From Octopus sinensis (Eukaryota), in the NCBI RefSeq assembly GCF_006345805.1, contig NC_043000.1, positions 77,624,001-77,688,000 of the forward strand: a stretch of 64,000 bases of DNA. The letters are read 5' to 3'. The notes beneath the pieces were generated by a model, which was given only the letters and a program-made list of their open reading frames with translations, was not told the origin of the DNA and made no database searches. Of this stretch, positions 12,950 to 25,077 are shown in pieces (position 1 is the first letter of the stretch; each line of letters opens with the position of its first letter). The position numbers and the translations under genes are program-made.

Positions 12950-14520
12950 CAGACTTGATTGTGAAATTCTTTGTCTTACGTCGTGAGTTTATATGCAAGT
13001 TATATTTATTGAACTGTTATTTGTTGAACTGATATTTGTCAAAAACCCTTGTTGTTGCTGTTCGCGGCGTTTGTGTACGCTTTCCCCTTGTTCGAAGGGA
13101 GTAGCACTGTTAAAAAAAACACAAAAGATGGAATTCGAAAGCGTTAGCTCTTCGGAGCTGTCTGAAGGAGAAATTGTATCTCCAAAAGAAGTGTTAAGCT
13201 CTGTGAAGGAGCAAAGAAAAGTTGTGGCTGCTGTAAAGGAGAATATGTCTGGAGAAAAATATGACTCCCACCAAAAACGGCTATGAAAAAAATTGCGTCT
13301 CCTGTGAAGGAGAATGTAAAAATATGGGAAAACAAATTGTGTCTCCTGATAAAGCGGATGAAAAAAGGCAATTGGGTCTCCTGTGAATATAGAACCCCAA
13401 AAAGTTGTGTCTCCTAAGGAGACTGGAAAGACGAATTATGCGGCGGCCACGGGGGTGGCTAGAAGAAGTCTAACAATAGATACTAAAGAACTGGAGAAAT
13501 TCAAAGGAATGTTAAAGCGGAAGGTGCAGGAACTAACTGCAAAATAATGGAAAAAGCCCCAAAATGCAGAGTCATTTATAATATTGTTGCATTAAAATCC
13601 AAGATTGGATACAGCGAATAGGGAGGTAGTGGAAATGTGTCTGCGCCCGGTATGGAAAGACGTGATGTTCCTCACTAGAGGAAAGAGGTTCGCCACGGTC
13701 GAGGTGAGATTCTGTTCGGAAGAGAAAGCCAAGCAGCACTCTACAGGGATTTTAAAAACGGCAGAGGTGGTACTCCTGCCAATATAACTGGGCAAACGTA
13801 CCTCCAAGATAAGGGTGGGAGAGATCCCACCCAAAGTGAACGCTGCCTGGCTCATGGTAACAATAACGGTGGGTTTGGACGATAAAATCAACATCCTCCA
13901 AGCAACCGTCTTGGAACAGCAAAATTAGCAAGGTCAGGGGCTTGAGATGGTGGTGCAAGCGGCCCTTGCACACCTCGAAGAAATTATCGATACCATACAG
14001 ATTGGAGAGAGTAAGCTGCGGGCGAATGTCGAGGGGAGGAAGCCACGGTGCTATAAACGTAGCCAAAAAGGTCACATCAAGGCTGAGCGTACTCCTCCCT
14101 CCGAGCTACAACCACGACGTCTGAGGCACCAACACAACACAAACATCCTTGGCAGAAGAAGAAGAAGATAGCAATTGGACTTTAGTAAAAGGCAAAAGGA
14201 AAAATCCACATCCCATCCCCACAAGCCCCAGTACCCCGAAAAAGAAAACCCCAAGACCCAGACCCCACCCACGTCAAACCCTGACACGAACTTAATGGCC
14301 AACCACAAAAATGTAATAATAAAATTAAAAACAATTCACACTGCAATACAACATCCTATGAACACCCCCAAACATATTGTTATATACCAAATTGACAGCA
14401 GAAACTATTTGAAACTTCAAAAGGAGTTCCAAAATGACGTTGGCCCTGTGAGGAAAGATTTTTCTCCTCAAATTTTCGAGGGACTCGTCATAGAGATCTC
14501 ACAAGCCCCAAATTAAATGG
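12950..14520 (+). mobile_element. Tx1/L1-like LINE, 5' UTR plus degenerate ORF1; 3' part absent
   Basis: It shares the 5' UTR of the upstream copy. ORF1 fragments: RGKRFATVEVRF, a degenerate zinc knuckle RKPRCYKRSQKGHIKAE, and EEEEDSNWTLVKGKRK. Confidence 0.7.
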
Positions 14521-14524
14521 AACG

Positions 14525-15590
14525 AAATGGGCGTTGATACTTTGGTGGATGGATTTAGCTACTTGCTGGATGCTCTCCATTACGTTCCTCTCAGTTTCTA
14601 AACTAACGTTACTAGAGTTTGTCCTAGCTATGATATTAATATCATCTACATAACTACTGTAGAGTAGAAGAGTTGTGGACTGTTCTGCTAACGATTGCTT
14701 AAGATTTCTGTCCCACCGGGTCATGAAGAGGCCGACTACATCTCCAGCTACACCGAGACCGATGGCTGCCCCTTGAACCTGCATGTATAGTTGTTTGTTA
14801 AACTTTTCTGTGGTTCTTCAAGTTTGTTTTTACACTGGCCACTATTGCATATGCAATCATTTCTTTCACATGATTGTTGTTCTCAGGGTTTTGGGTGGCT
14901 GCGGTCCAGCCTCTCCAGCGCTCTGTGGTGCTTTTCTTCGCTGCTGAGGTGGGTGGTCTTCTCTGTGAGCTGCTGGGGCAGAACCTACTGCGGTCATGGT
15001 CGTCTAAATAGTCACTGTTGTAGCTTAGTCTAAGGAGGAGGCCTAGTTCCCTTGTGTTGACCTTACGGAACTCTGCTTCACTCTCACAGATTACCTCAAT
15101 GCATTTCTCCACAACAAATTCTATCTCTATAGAGAGAAATCACACCCATACTACCCACTACACAACCTGTGAGGTCGTTGGAGTGGTTGCACATACTGAT
15201 TTTACTGAGGAGATCTTCCGTGCTCACACAGACATCTGGATACATCTCTATAAGACGTCGTAACACCTATGAGAGAAAGTAGGACAGTCTATAGTTGCTG
15301 GAGATATTCGTTCCGCGAACTGGTCTGGTTGGGGGCCCCATGAAAGGGTTTATGTAGGGTTTGTGGTCTTTGCGTAGGCCGTATAGTGTAGGAACATCAT
15401 TGTTAGATGCTTGGCAATTATGTGCCGTCCTTTTCATAGGTTGGAGTATGTTGCACCACATTCCCATGTGTGCATTGAGGAGTTTTTCCATTCGTTCATG
15501 TTCTTGTGGAGCAACTTCTCTCATGCTACTGATATGTTGTTGCATGGCCTAGACATAGTTCTGTGGGCTGTCTATTGACAGTCTGCCAGA
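14525..15590 (-). mobile_element. Penelope-like element reverse-transcriptase fragment
   Basis: Peptides VPTLYGLRKDHK...PPTRPV, QVQGAAIGLGVAG...MTRWD and SSYVDDINII match PLE RT motifs. Confidence 0.75.
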
Positions 15591-15640
15591 CTTGTCCGTA
15601 AGAAGGCACACTAATTCTGTGTGTTCCTATATTCTCTCTC

Positions 15641-15681
<41 letters not shown>

Positions 15682-15690
15682 ATATATATA

Positions 15691-17319
15691 CAGTTGCAAC
15701 CAAAATGTTCAGAACGGCATTGTTTTCGTCAGAAAAGTAGGTATAAGTTTTTATCAAAGTTGTTTTATATTCTATAATTTTCACAGACAATAAATACAAT
15801 ATTAATTGTTATTGTCTGAGGTTTTGGTGTAATTTGAGAGGATAATACAAAAGTTATAGATGATTTAGTGATTTACTGCAAGACCCATGGCGGCCAAAAT
15901 GATCAGAACGGTTGAAAAAATAACAAAATAATCAAAAATGACAGAGAATACTGGAATTATTTAATATTTAGTGTGAAGCCCTTTAGCTTCAATCACACTC
16001 TGACATCTTCGACTGCATGAGGAAATTAAATTTTCAATTTCTTGCTGGGTGATCTTATTCCATTCTTCCTGAAGAGCATTCCATAATTGCTCAGCTGTTT
16101 TAGGATTTCTGGCTTTCGAACGTTCTCCTAGAATATTCCACACATTTTCAATAGGATTGAGATCTGGTCTTTGAGCTGGCCAATCCATAACAATAACCTT
16201 TTCAGCCTTGATGAAGTTCATGACCACCTTAGCCTTGTGACATGGGGCATAGTCCTGCATGAATATGGGTGGTCGCTTTGTTGAATTTCTCAGCACAGGC
16301 AAGACATGATCTTTTACAAGTTGTTTATAAACTCCTGCATTTAACTTTCCATGTAATCGCACCAAAGGGCCCACACCATCTCCAGATATCATTTCCCAAA
16401 CCATGACACTTCCTCCACCGAATTTAACACTAGTCTTAAGGCATTTAGGCAACAATTTTTCACCTACTTTTCAACGAACGTACCTTTTCCCATCTGAGCC
16501 AAATAGCATAAACTTAGATTCATCAATGAAATGCACCGTTTGCCATTTTTCTTGAGACCACAACACACGTTCGGTTGCAAAGGTAAGACGATACTTTTTA
16601 TTCTTGGAGCTAATCAGTGGCTTCACTGCAGGTGCTATTGCTTGTAGGTCATGTTCAACTAAACGACGAGACACAGTTTTTCGAGATAAAGTTTTCTTCA
16701 GTACAATGCTCATTTTCCGAGAAACAGCAGCAGCAGTTTTAAATCTGTCCTTTTTAACCAACTTTACTATAGCACGATCTTCTCTCTTGGTCGTTTTTCT
16801 TGACCTACCTGTAAACTTTTTTGCTTCACACGAACCACAATCATCGTAGACCTTAAGAATACCGTGTACAACACTTTTTGACTTGTTAACAATCTTTGCA
16901 ATAGATCCAATACTTAAATTATCCTTCCTTCGAAGCTTAATAATCTGCTGACGAATTGGTAACGGAGTAAGTGGCATTATATTAACAAAGTACACTGCAA
17001 ATATTCTTACTAACGTTTAGTAAACGAACTGTCACGTAAACAAATTCAAAACATTAGAGTTCGCCGGTTAAATATACTAAAACACGGAGTAAAAAAAACC
17101 GTTCTGATCATTTTGGCCGCCATGGGTTTTGCAGTAAATCACTAAATCATCCATAACTTTTGTATTGTCCTCTCAAATTACATCAAAATCTCAGGCAATA
17201 ACAAATAATATCGTATTTATTGTCTGTGAAAATTATAGAATATAAAACAACTTTGATAAAAAATTATATCTACTTTTCTGACAAAAACAATGCCGTTCTG
17301 AACATTTTGGCCGCAATTG
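15691..17319 (-). mobile_element. Tc1-family DNA transposon, complete, with ~220-bp IR-DR type TIRs and TA flanks
   Basis: TIRs at 15691-15911 and 17099-17319 each carry two copies of a CCAAAATGWTCAGAACGG repeat. TA lies at 15689-90 and 17320-21. Confidence 0.95.
15961..16995 (-). pseudogene. Tc1 DD34E transposase with one in-frame TGA at 16471-16473
   Basis: The two track ORFs are in the same frame. Motifs FIDESK, FMQDYAPCH and DLNPIENVW are present, with 34 residues between the second D and the E. Confidence 0.93.
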
Positions 17320-17402
17320 TATATATAGTCACATGCATGGAACCTTGTGAGAGGATTTGGTATACGGAAACTGAAAGACGCCCATCGTATATGTGTGTGT
17401 GC

Positions 17403-17440
<38 letters not shown>

Positions 17441-17442
<2 letters not shown>

Positions 17443-17867
17443 TTTACCTGTTTCAGCCACTAGACTGCGGCCATACTGGGGCACTGCCTTGAATTTTTAG
17501 TCGAATGAATTGACTCCAGTATTTATTTATTAACCTTGGTACTTCTATGGGTCTCCATTGCTGAACCGCTAAGTTACGAGGACGTAAACAAACTAAGGCT
17601 GATTGTCAAGTCGTGATGGAGGATACACACGCACGCGCGCACGCACACACGCACACACACACAGACACACACACATATATATATACACGACGGGCTGGTT
17701 TCCGTCTACCAAATCCACTCACAAGGCTTCGGTCAGGCCGAGTCTATAGTAGAAGGCACTCGCCCAATGTGCCATGTAGCGGAACTGAACTCGGAACATG
17801 TGGTTGGAAACCAAGCTTCTTACCACACTGCTATTCCTTCTCCTATGCACACAGTTACTCCTGCGCA
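17441..17867 (-). mobile_element. tRNA-derived SINE family S1 with internal (TG)n
   Basis: The head is A/B-box-like, followed by a CCTTGGGCAAGTG-like core and a microsatellite. It matches 45340-45718 and the split copy at 29063-31045. Confidence 0.8.
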
Positions 17868-17917
<50 letters not shown>

Positions 17918-18120
17918 CGATTTATCTTACTTCAATGCTGGATAAATCCGCTGAACTAATTTTATGTCACAAATTCGGCACTTACGATGGTCTGAAACTT
18001 GAGCTGCAAGAAAAGTAATTGAGCTAAAATAAACTATATACTATGCACAATGTGTTGAGCAGTCTTTATGGAGTAACTTTAATATTGATAAAAAAAAACC
18101 GAAAACAAGTCATAGTATAT

Positions 18121-18336
18121 ATTTCTTTATTGCCCACAAGGGGCTAAACATAGAGGGGACAAACAAAGACTGACAAAGGGATTAAGTCGATTACATCGTC
18201 CCCAGTGCGTAACTGGTACTTTATTTATCGACCCCGAAAGGATGAAAAGCAAAGTTGACCTCGGCAGAATTTGAACTCAGAACGTAATGGCTAAGCATTT
18301 CGCCCGGCGCGCTAACGTTTCTGCCAGCTTGCCGCT
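18121..18336 (-). mobile_element. tRNA-derived SINE family S2 with Tx1-like 3' tail
   Basis: B box GAGTTCAAATTCTG, central CATCCTTTCGGGGTCGATAAA domain, and tail TGTCCCCTCTATGTTTAGCCCCTTGTGGGCAATAAAGAAAT. Confidence 0.85.
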
Positions 18337-18379
18337 AAGTCATAGTATAGTCGTCAAAAAATAACTGATACTGAAGATA

Positions 18380-18830
18380 TAAATATAAGCAGTTACAGAG
18401 ATGTAGAGGACATGTGCACCCATAATATAAATCAATATTAGTGGATGGCCCCTGTCAAAACTTCAGTACAACAGACCAGACATGATGGTGTACGACATGG
18501 AAAGAGAGTGTGCATAGCTGTAGAAATAAATTGTCCGGCAAATGTTAACATGATATTAAAGAATAGTGAAGAAGAAAACATCTATGCCAAACCAATGAGA
18601 AATTTGCTGTTAAGTCAGCCTGACAATAGCCCTAGGTTTATGCCGATAATGCTGATGATATGTGGATTGTAACACTAACTGCCTCAACAGCATTCATGAG
18701 GAGTGGAAACCCAACAGGCCAGAAACAAAAATGCTAAATATGACATTAAATTGACACTCTATTAATAGAATTGTCAATTATGTAAAACATTCCAGAGATT
18801 GAATCTTTGGTACACCAAAACAGAGATATC
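18380..18830 (+). mobile_element. Old REL-endonuclease (R4-like) fragment
   Basis: A degenerate PVKTSV...RPDMMVYD...CIAVEINCPANVN...FMPI pattern can be read across frameshifts. Confidence 0.55.
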
Positions 18831-19188
18831 CTACATGCAATTTCACATATGCGTTATAAAGTACACGTGTATCTACGTAGAAACATATATGGCTGTCTCG
18901 TTGATGTCATGTAATTTTCCAATGTTTAAACTGCAAACAGTCTTGTTTCGGGATTGGAGACGAATCTAGCGACGATTTTTTTCTATCTTTCTGTTGTGAA
19001 GAGAAATTTAAAAAATAAAACGAGAACATCCATACAAATATATGTCAGTAAAATATACCCAGAAAGCCATTCCGACGCCACGTACAAAACAAATCGCTGA
19101 AATTATTTGCTCAGTGGTACGGAAAACTTTTTTGAGAGATTCTGGTTGTGAAATTTAGTAGCAGGTGGCAATGCTTGTTACACCCCAC

Positions 19189-19240
<52 letters not shown>

Positions 19241-19254
19241 TTCTCTTTTCTCTT

Positions 19255-19308
<54 letters not shown>

Positions 19309-20095
19309 CCATTTCTTTCTACTTGTCTCTCCCTTCTCTTTCACTATATCTCCTGTCAGTTTTCTATTATTTTTCTTGCTCATTTCTCTTAAATTCCTTC
19401 CTTCCTTGAATTTCTCTGCTTTGCAGAATCTGTAGAAATGTCAAATCGTTTTCGTTATTTTAGGTTCAGTTTCTAGCTCCTCTGGAGGAGCGATAAAGTG
19501 GTGTATAAAATATGCATCAATGGTATATTGAACAACTGAACTGAATCAGGTAATTGTCACATCAAAGTTATAACTTACTACAAATATATATACTACACAT
19601 GTGGGAATTTCTGTCTGTGAGTGTGTTTGTTGAGTTGTTAGCTAACTCCTCCTACATCGTTTTATCGATGTTGATGAAACTTGACACGTGAATAGAACTC
19701 ATGTCTGGAAAACTTATGGCATACTCAGATTGTCGAAAAAAAATCGATAATAGGGCCCCTGGAAGTATATATATGTCTAATATATTTTACTTAAAAAAAC
19801 AAGGGAAAGAATACATTCATCCCTAGAAGGGATCCTTATATATAGACAAGGGAAATAACCCATTCATTTTCCTAAATCATTTAGTAAAAAAGAAATTGAG
19901 TATGCTTATAACTTAGCATTTGAACTGTTAGACTTATTTTCGCAATTTATCCAGTACAACCCTTAAACAAGTAAATATCATTTTCCTAAACAATAGATGT
20001 GCTTATTTCGGTTAGTGACCTATTCACGAATACAACAACACTAGCGCCGCCGAGGGTAATTCTCAAAATTTTCAACCATTCGGCCATACTTACAA

Positions 20096-20134
<39 letters not shown>

Positions 20135-20159
20135 TATATATATATATATATATAGATAG

Positions 20160-20220
<61 letters not shown>

Positions 20221-20237
20221 TGATGATAGATAGATAT

Positions 20238-20320
<83 letters not shown>

Positions 20321-20399
20321 TAGATATATAGATAGATAGATATAAATACATGGTGGCTGCCTCCTCGTTATAGACTATGGCCATGCACGAAGCTTAATC

Positions 20400-20850
20400 A
20401 ATGTTGTTATCGTGCAATGCCTGTGCAAGAAGATTTTTTTTAAAGTGAGGAAAGGCTGTGCACTGAGTCAATCCCGCTCACTAAGCAACAGCAGCTATAA
20501 TCCGAAAAGAAGAACAAGTCAATATCATTGGTAACCACTGAGCCGCAGGTTTTATGTCGGAGTCATCCCAGTTACCTGAGTTACCTTCTCCTAGAAGGAT
20601 GCTCTAACAAAGGGTAGGAGTCCTTCACTCCCAATGGTTTAACCACGCGATCGGGTATTCAGTCCGATAATTTCTATGTCTCCGCGCCTTAAGACATTTA
20701 TTGGATGGCCGTTGACTCTCAAGACTTCCTCCGCCTTTTGACGGGTTTTGTTTTTCATCCCACAGGGTGTCCAATAAACACCCTCCTCACCAAGCAAGCT
20801 TGGTGGGGTTGCCGGTTTAGTCGCCGACGACCCGATCATGCAACAGGTTG
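20400..20850 (-). mobile_element. Possible RTE-like LINE 5' region
   Basis: GC-richer island containing CTAGGAGAAGGTAACTC and AAACCTGCGGCT; the latter recurs at the window end. No protein motif was recovered. Confidence 0.3.
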
Positions 20851-21135
20851 TACTGGGTTACATGTTACCAGTTAGCATTCGAAAGTGACCTGACATCAAT
20901 ATACATACATACATACATACATACATACATACATACATACATACATACATACATACATACATACATACATACGTACATGCATACATACATATGTATATAT
21001 AGCTATGTTGGTGCAAACAGGAAACATATCTCAAAATATGAGTATATGCGTACTGAGTTACTTCTGCTATATATATATATATATATTATATATATATATA
21101 TATATACTTTATTTTAAGCAGCAGAAAATTCAACA

Positions 21136-21181
21136 AAATCTGTTACTCTGAGTTTCTCGTTGCCGTTCATCAGACAGTTTT
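21136..21181 (-). ncRNA. Minimal type I hammerhead motif (inverted arm copy)
   Basis: Reverse complement: AAAACUGU CUGAUGA ACG-GCAA-CGA GAAA CUCAGA GUA ACAGAUUUU. The 10.1-11.1 pair is an A.A mismatch. Confidence 0.6.
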
Positions 21182-24000
21182 TGCTAGAATGGAACTTATA
21201 TATTAATTCAATCTATACTCTTACAAACGCTACACCTTTAAAAAGAAATGGACTTGTTTGATTGGCCCTTTAGAAAAAACGGTCAATCTTCGAGCGATAA
21301 ACAAAAAGGTCAAAAATATATGCATATATATATAAAAACTTATAAAAATTATAAAAATTATAAAATCCGAGGAAAAAAACCGAGGAAAAAACCTATTGCC
21401 GTTAATGAAGACAGTACAAATTAATGCATAGAAATTAAACTGTTATAAATACTGCAATACATATTTATATTAAAATCCACATATATATATCAACATACAC
21501 AAAAGGATGCGCGTAAACGCCATACATACATATACAGACGTATGAATATGAATCTAAATTATACACATAAAAGCATGTGTACATATATTCACGCAAACCG
21601 TCTCGCACGCAAGCTAAAATTCATCTATGTAGCAATTCTCATATACTGAGCAAGGAGGGGGAACGAAAGAAAGGGAAAGAGAGAAAAAGGAACGAAAGAG
21701 GGGTGGGGGGGGGAAACTTGTAGCGATGTTATTGGCATCTATAGAGGCCAGTATACATACACAAGTTTGAATTGATACATATACATACCGTCGTGTGTAT
21801 GCGTGCTTAAGCACAAGCATACTTTCACTTACACATACACAGATACGCATGCTTACAAATACATATGCTTTGCTATACACAAACTTATATAAACATTCTA
21901 AATTTGACAACATTGCTTTTTTTAAAAAAACATTGCTTTTAAAAAAATGGGTGCATTAATAAAAATATATACGAAAGACATATAAAATAAAATATAACAT
22001 CCTATTTTGGGTCATTTATAAATAATCAAGGTAATATAAATAATCAAGGTAATCCTATGCAATACAATAACATGAAAACAAAGTTTGTAGCTATCGTATA
22101 TTAGCAAAGATTCGAATCATCCACCAGTTATCCTTAGCAACTTAGTCAGCAATGTAGGTAGAAGAATATCTTCAATTTCTTCGGACGAGGCAGCATTCCA
22201 TAATGCTGCACCTTATTACGATAGCGCATTAAAGAATAGTGGATTCTCGGAGAAGATCCAGTTCAACCAGCTTAATGCTAATAATAATGCTGCACGAAGA
22301 ACTAGGACCAGGAAAGTTTTGTGGTTCAACCCGGCTTTCAATTTGGCCGTAAAGACTAATATAGGTAAGGAATTTTTGAGATTAGTCTCTAAGCATTTTA
22401 AGCAGGGTCAAATTCTACAGAATATTTAATAGAAGAACCCTGAAGGTTAGCTATTCTTGTTGCAGAAATTTCGCCTCTTACATTAGCCAACATAATAGGA
22501 AGCTAATTGAGATTAGACATGGTGCCGAGCCCATTAAGAAATGTAATTGCAAAAACGAAAGCTCCTGTCCGTTAGAAGGGAAATGTCTAGTGAAAGGAGT
22601 AGTTTATAGAGCCAAGGTGCAAGTGGAAGGCTCATCGGAATACAAGACATACACAGGGGCTTCAGAAAATTCATTTAAAACAAGATTTTATTCTCATAAG
22701 AATTCTTTTAAATACCAGAGATAGGAAGAGAAGAAAACCAGCCTAGCAAAATATGTCTGGGAACTAAAGAAAGGAAGCCCCACCTTTCAACGTGACATGG
22801 AGCATTCTGGACAGGGCGGCACCATACAGGCATGGAGCTTACAAATATAATTTCAAGTGCAAGCTTTGCTTATTAGAAAAAATGCACATATTATTCAAAG
22901 ACAATAATTCTTTGAATCAAAGAAGTGAGTTAATGAACTTATGTAGGCACGCGGCTAAATTTAAAATGTCGAATATAATATACCATATGGATAGAGTATA
23001 TATTTTGTATTTTGATTTTGATTTTGATTTTGACTCTTAAGCGCTACGACGGATCTATAGCAAAGTCTTATTGTTTCTACATATATATTAGGAAAAACCT
23101 ACAAACTTTGTTTTCATGTTATTGTATTGCATAGGATTACCTTGATTATTTATATTACCTTGATTATTTATAAATGACCCAAAATAGGATGTTATATTTT
23201 ATTTTATATGTCTTTCGTATATATTTTTATTAATGCACCCATTTTTTTAAAAGCAATGTTTTTTAAAAAAAGCAATGTTGTCAAATTTAGAATGTTTATA
23301 TAAGTTTGTGTATAGCAAAGCATATGTATTTGTAAGCATGCGTATCTGTGTATGTGTAAGTGAAAGTATGCTTGTGCTTAAGCACGCATACACACGACGG
23401 TGTATATGTATCAATTCAAACTTGTGTATGTATACTGGCCTCTATAGATGCCATAAAATCGCTACAATTTCCCCCCCCACCCCTCTTTCGTTCCTTTTTC
23501 TCTCTTTCCCTTTCTTTCGTTCCCCCTCCTTGCTCAGTATATGAGAATTGCTACATAGATGAATTTTAGCTTGCGTGCGAGACGGTTTGCGTGAATATAT
23601 GTAAAACATGCTTTTATGTGTATAATTTAGATTCATATTCATACGTCTGTATATGTATGTATGGCGTTTACGCGCATCCTTTTGTGTATGTTGATATATA
23701 TATGTGGATTTAATATAAATATGTATTGCAGTATTTATAACAGGTTTAATTTCTATGCATTAATTTGTACTGTCTTCATTAACGGCAATAGGTTTTTTCC
23801 TCGGTTTTTTTCCTCGGATTTTATAATTTTTATAATTTTTATAAGTTTTTATATATATGCATATATTTTGACCTTTTTGTTTATCGCTCGAAGATTGACC
23901 GTTTTTTCTAAAGGGCCAATCAAACAAGTCCATTTCTTTTTAAAGTGTGTAGCGTTTGTAAGAGTATAGATTGAATTAATATATAAGTTCCATTCTAGCA

Positions 24001-24047
24001 AAAACTGTCTGATGAACGGCAACGAGAAACTCGGAGTAACAGATTTT
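24001..24047 (+). ncRNA. Minimal type I hammerhead motif near the PLE 3' end
   Basis: AAAACUGU CUGAUGA ACG-GCAA-CGA GAAA CUCGGA GUA ACAGAUUUU. Core, stem I and GUA triplet are present; 10.1-11.1 is mismatched. Confidence 0.6.
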
Positions 24048-24868
24048 GTTGAATTTTCTGCTGCTTAAAATAAAGCATATTACTCTACCACTGGTATTTG
24101 AGTACTCTTTTTTCCACCTTGTTTCACATTTATGTGTTTACTCCGGTATATATATATATATATATATATAGGGAATGACGTAGGTGAATTCCAGGATAGA
24201 TATGTTTCATAGCCAACAGAACATCGGAAGTTGTAAATTATCCAAACGTGGGGTAAACCGTAAGCTACTTTTAGGGCCAAGGATATCTTGATTATATAAA
24301 ATTTACATTATCGTTAACAAACCCCGTGTTAACTCGTTGGGGATTCGTTTGAAATGCGAAGAATGCATATTTGTGAAGAAGACTAACTTGTTGAAGATTA
24401 CTAACTTCTTACATCTTGACCCTTGTATCTTACCTTTACTTACATACATACATACACACACACACATACATACATACATACACACACATACACATACATA
24501 CATACATACATACATACATACATACATAGACATACATATACACATATATATATATATATATATATACGTAAATACATATAAATCAAAATAAGCAACGAGG
24601 ATATCCAGATGTAATGCAATATGATTGTTTCACGCAATTAAACTTCAATTAAATGGAGTTGCATGAAACGATCGTACTGCATTACCTATGGATATGCTTG
24701 TTGCTTAATTTAATTTTAATTCATTTTACTTTCAAATTTTATGGATAACACCGTACTAACTTCTGGTGTCAAAACTTACACCCCATATTCATCTGAATCT
24801 AAATTATTGCATAAATACACAAACACACATACACGCACACCACACAAATATATATTACACACACACAG

Positions 24869-24942
<74 letters not shown>

Positions 24943-25077
24943 CAAATACATACATATATACATATGTACATATAAGATATGTATACATACATGTATATAT
25001 ATATATATATATATGCACACACATACATACACATGCACAGCACACACACACGCATATATATATATATATATATATAT

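Larger units (their letters stand above)
21107..24146 (+). mobile_element. Penelope-like element (probably Naiad-like), 5'-truncated, with its 3' region duplicated in inverted orientation
   Basis: 22095-23040 translates, with two frameshifts and one TAG, to SNHPPVIL...WFNPAFN...KTNIGKEFL...YSC...KCNCKNESSCPLEGKCL...VVYRA...YTGASENSFKTRF...CKLCLLEK...LNQRSE...CRH (RT thumb, Cys linker, GIY-YIG). Arms 21107-22090 and 23099-24075 are inverted copies. Confidence 0.88.

Noticed and set aside
19464-19549. AG/GT-bounded candidate host exon
   Set aside because: All three frames contain stops and there is no partner exon. A non-coding exon cannot be supported without RNA data.
19590-19900. Possible Helentron/DINE-like non-autonomous element
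   Set aside because: Only a loose resemblance (TCTGTCTGTG...GATGAAACTTGACACG). No termini or second copy were found.
22095-23040. Selenocysteine recoding, as reported for some Naiad PLEs
   Set aside because: The conserved Cys positions use TGT/TGC. The only in-frame stop is a TAG at a non-Cys position.
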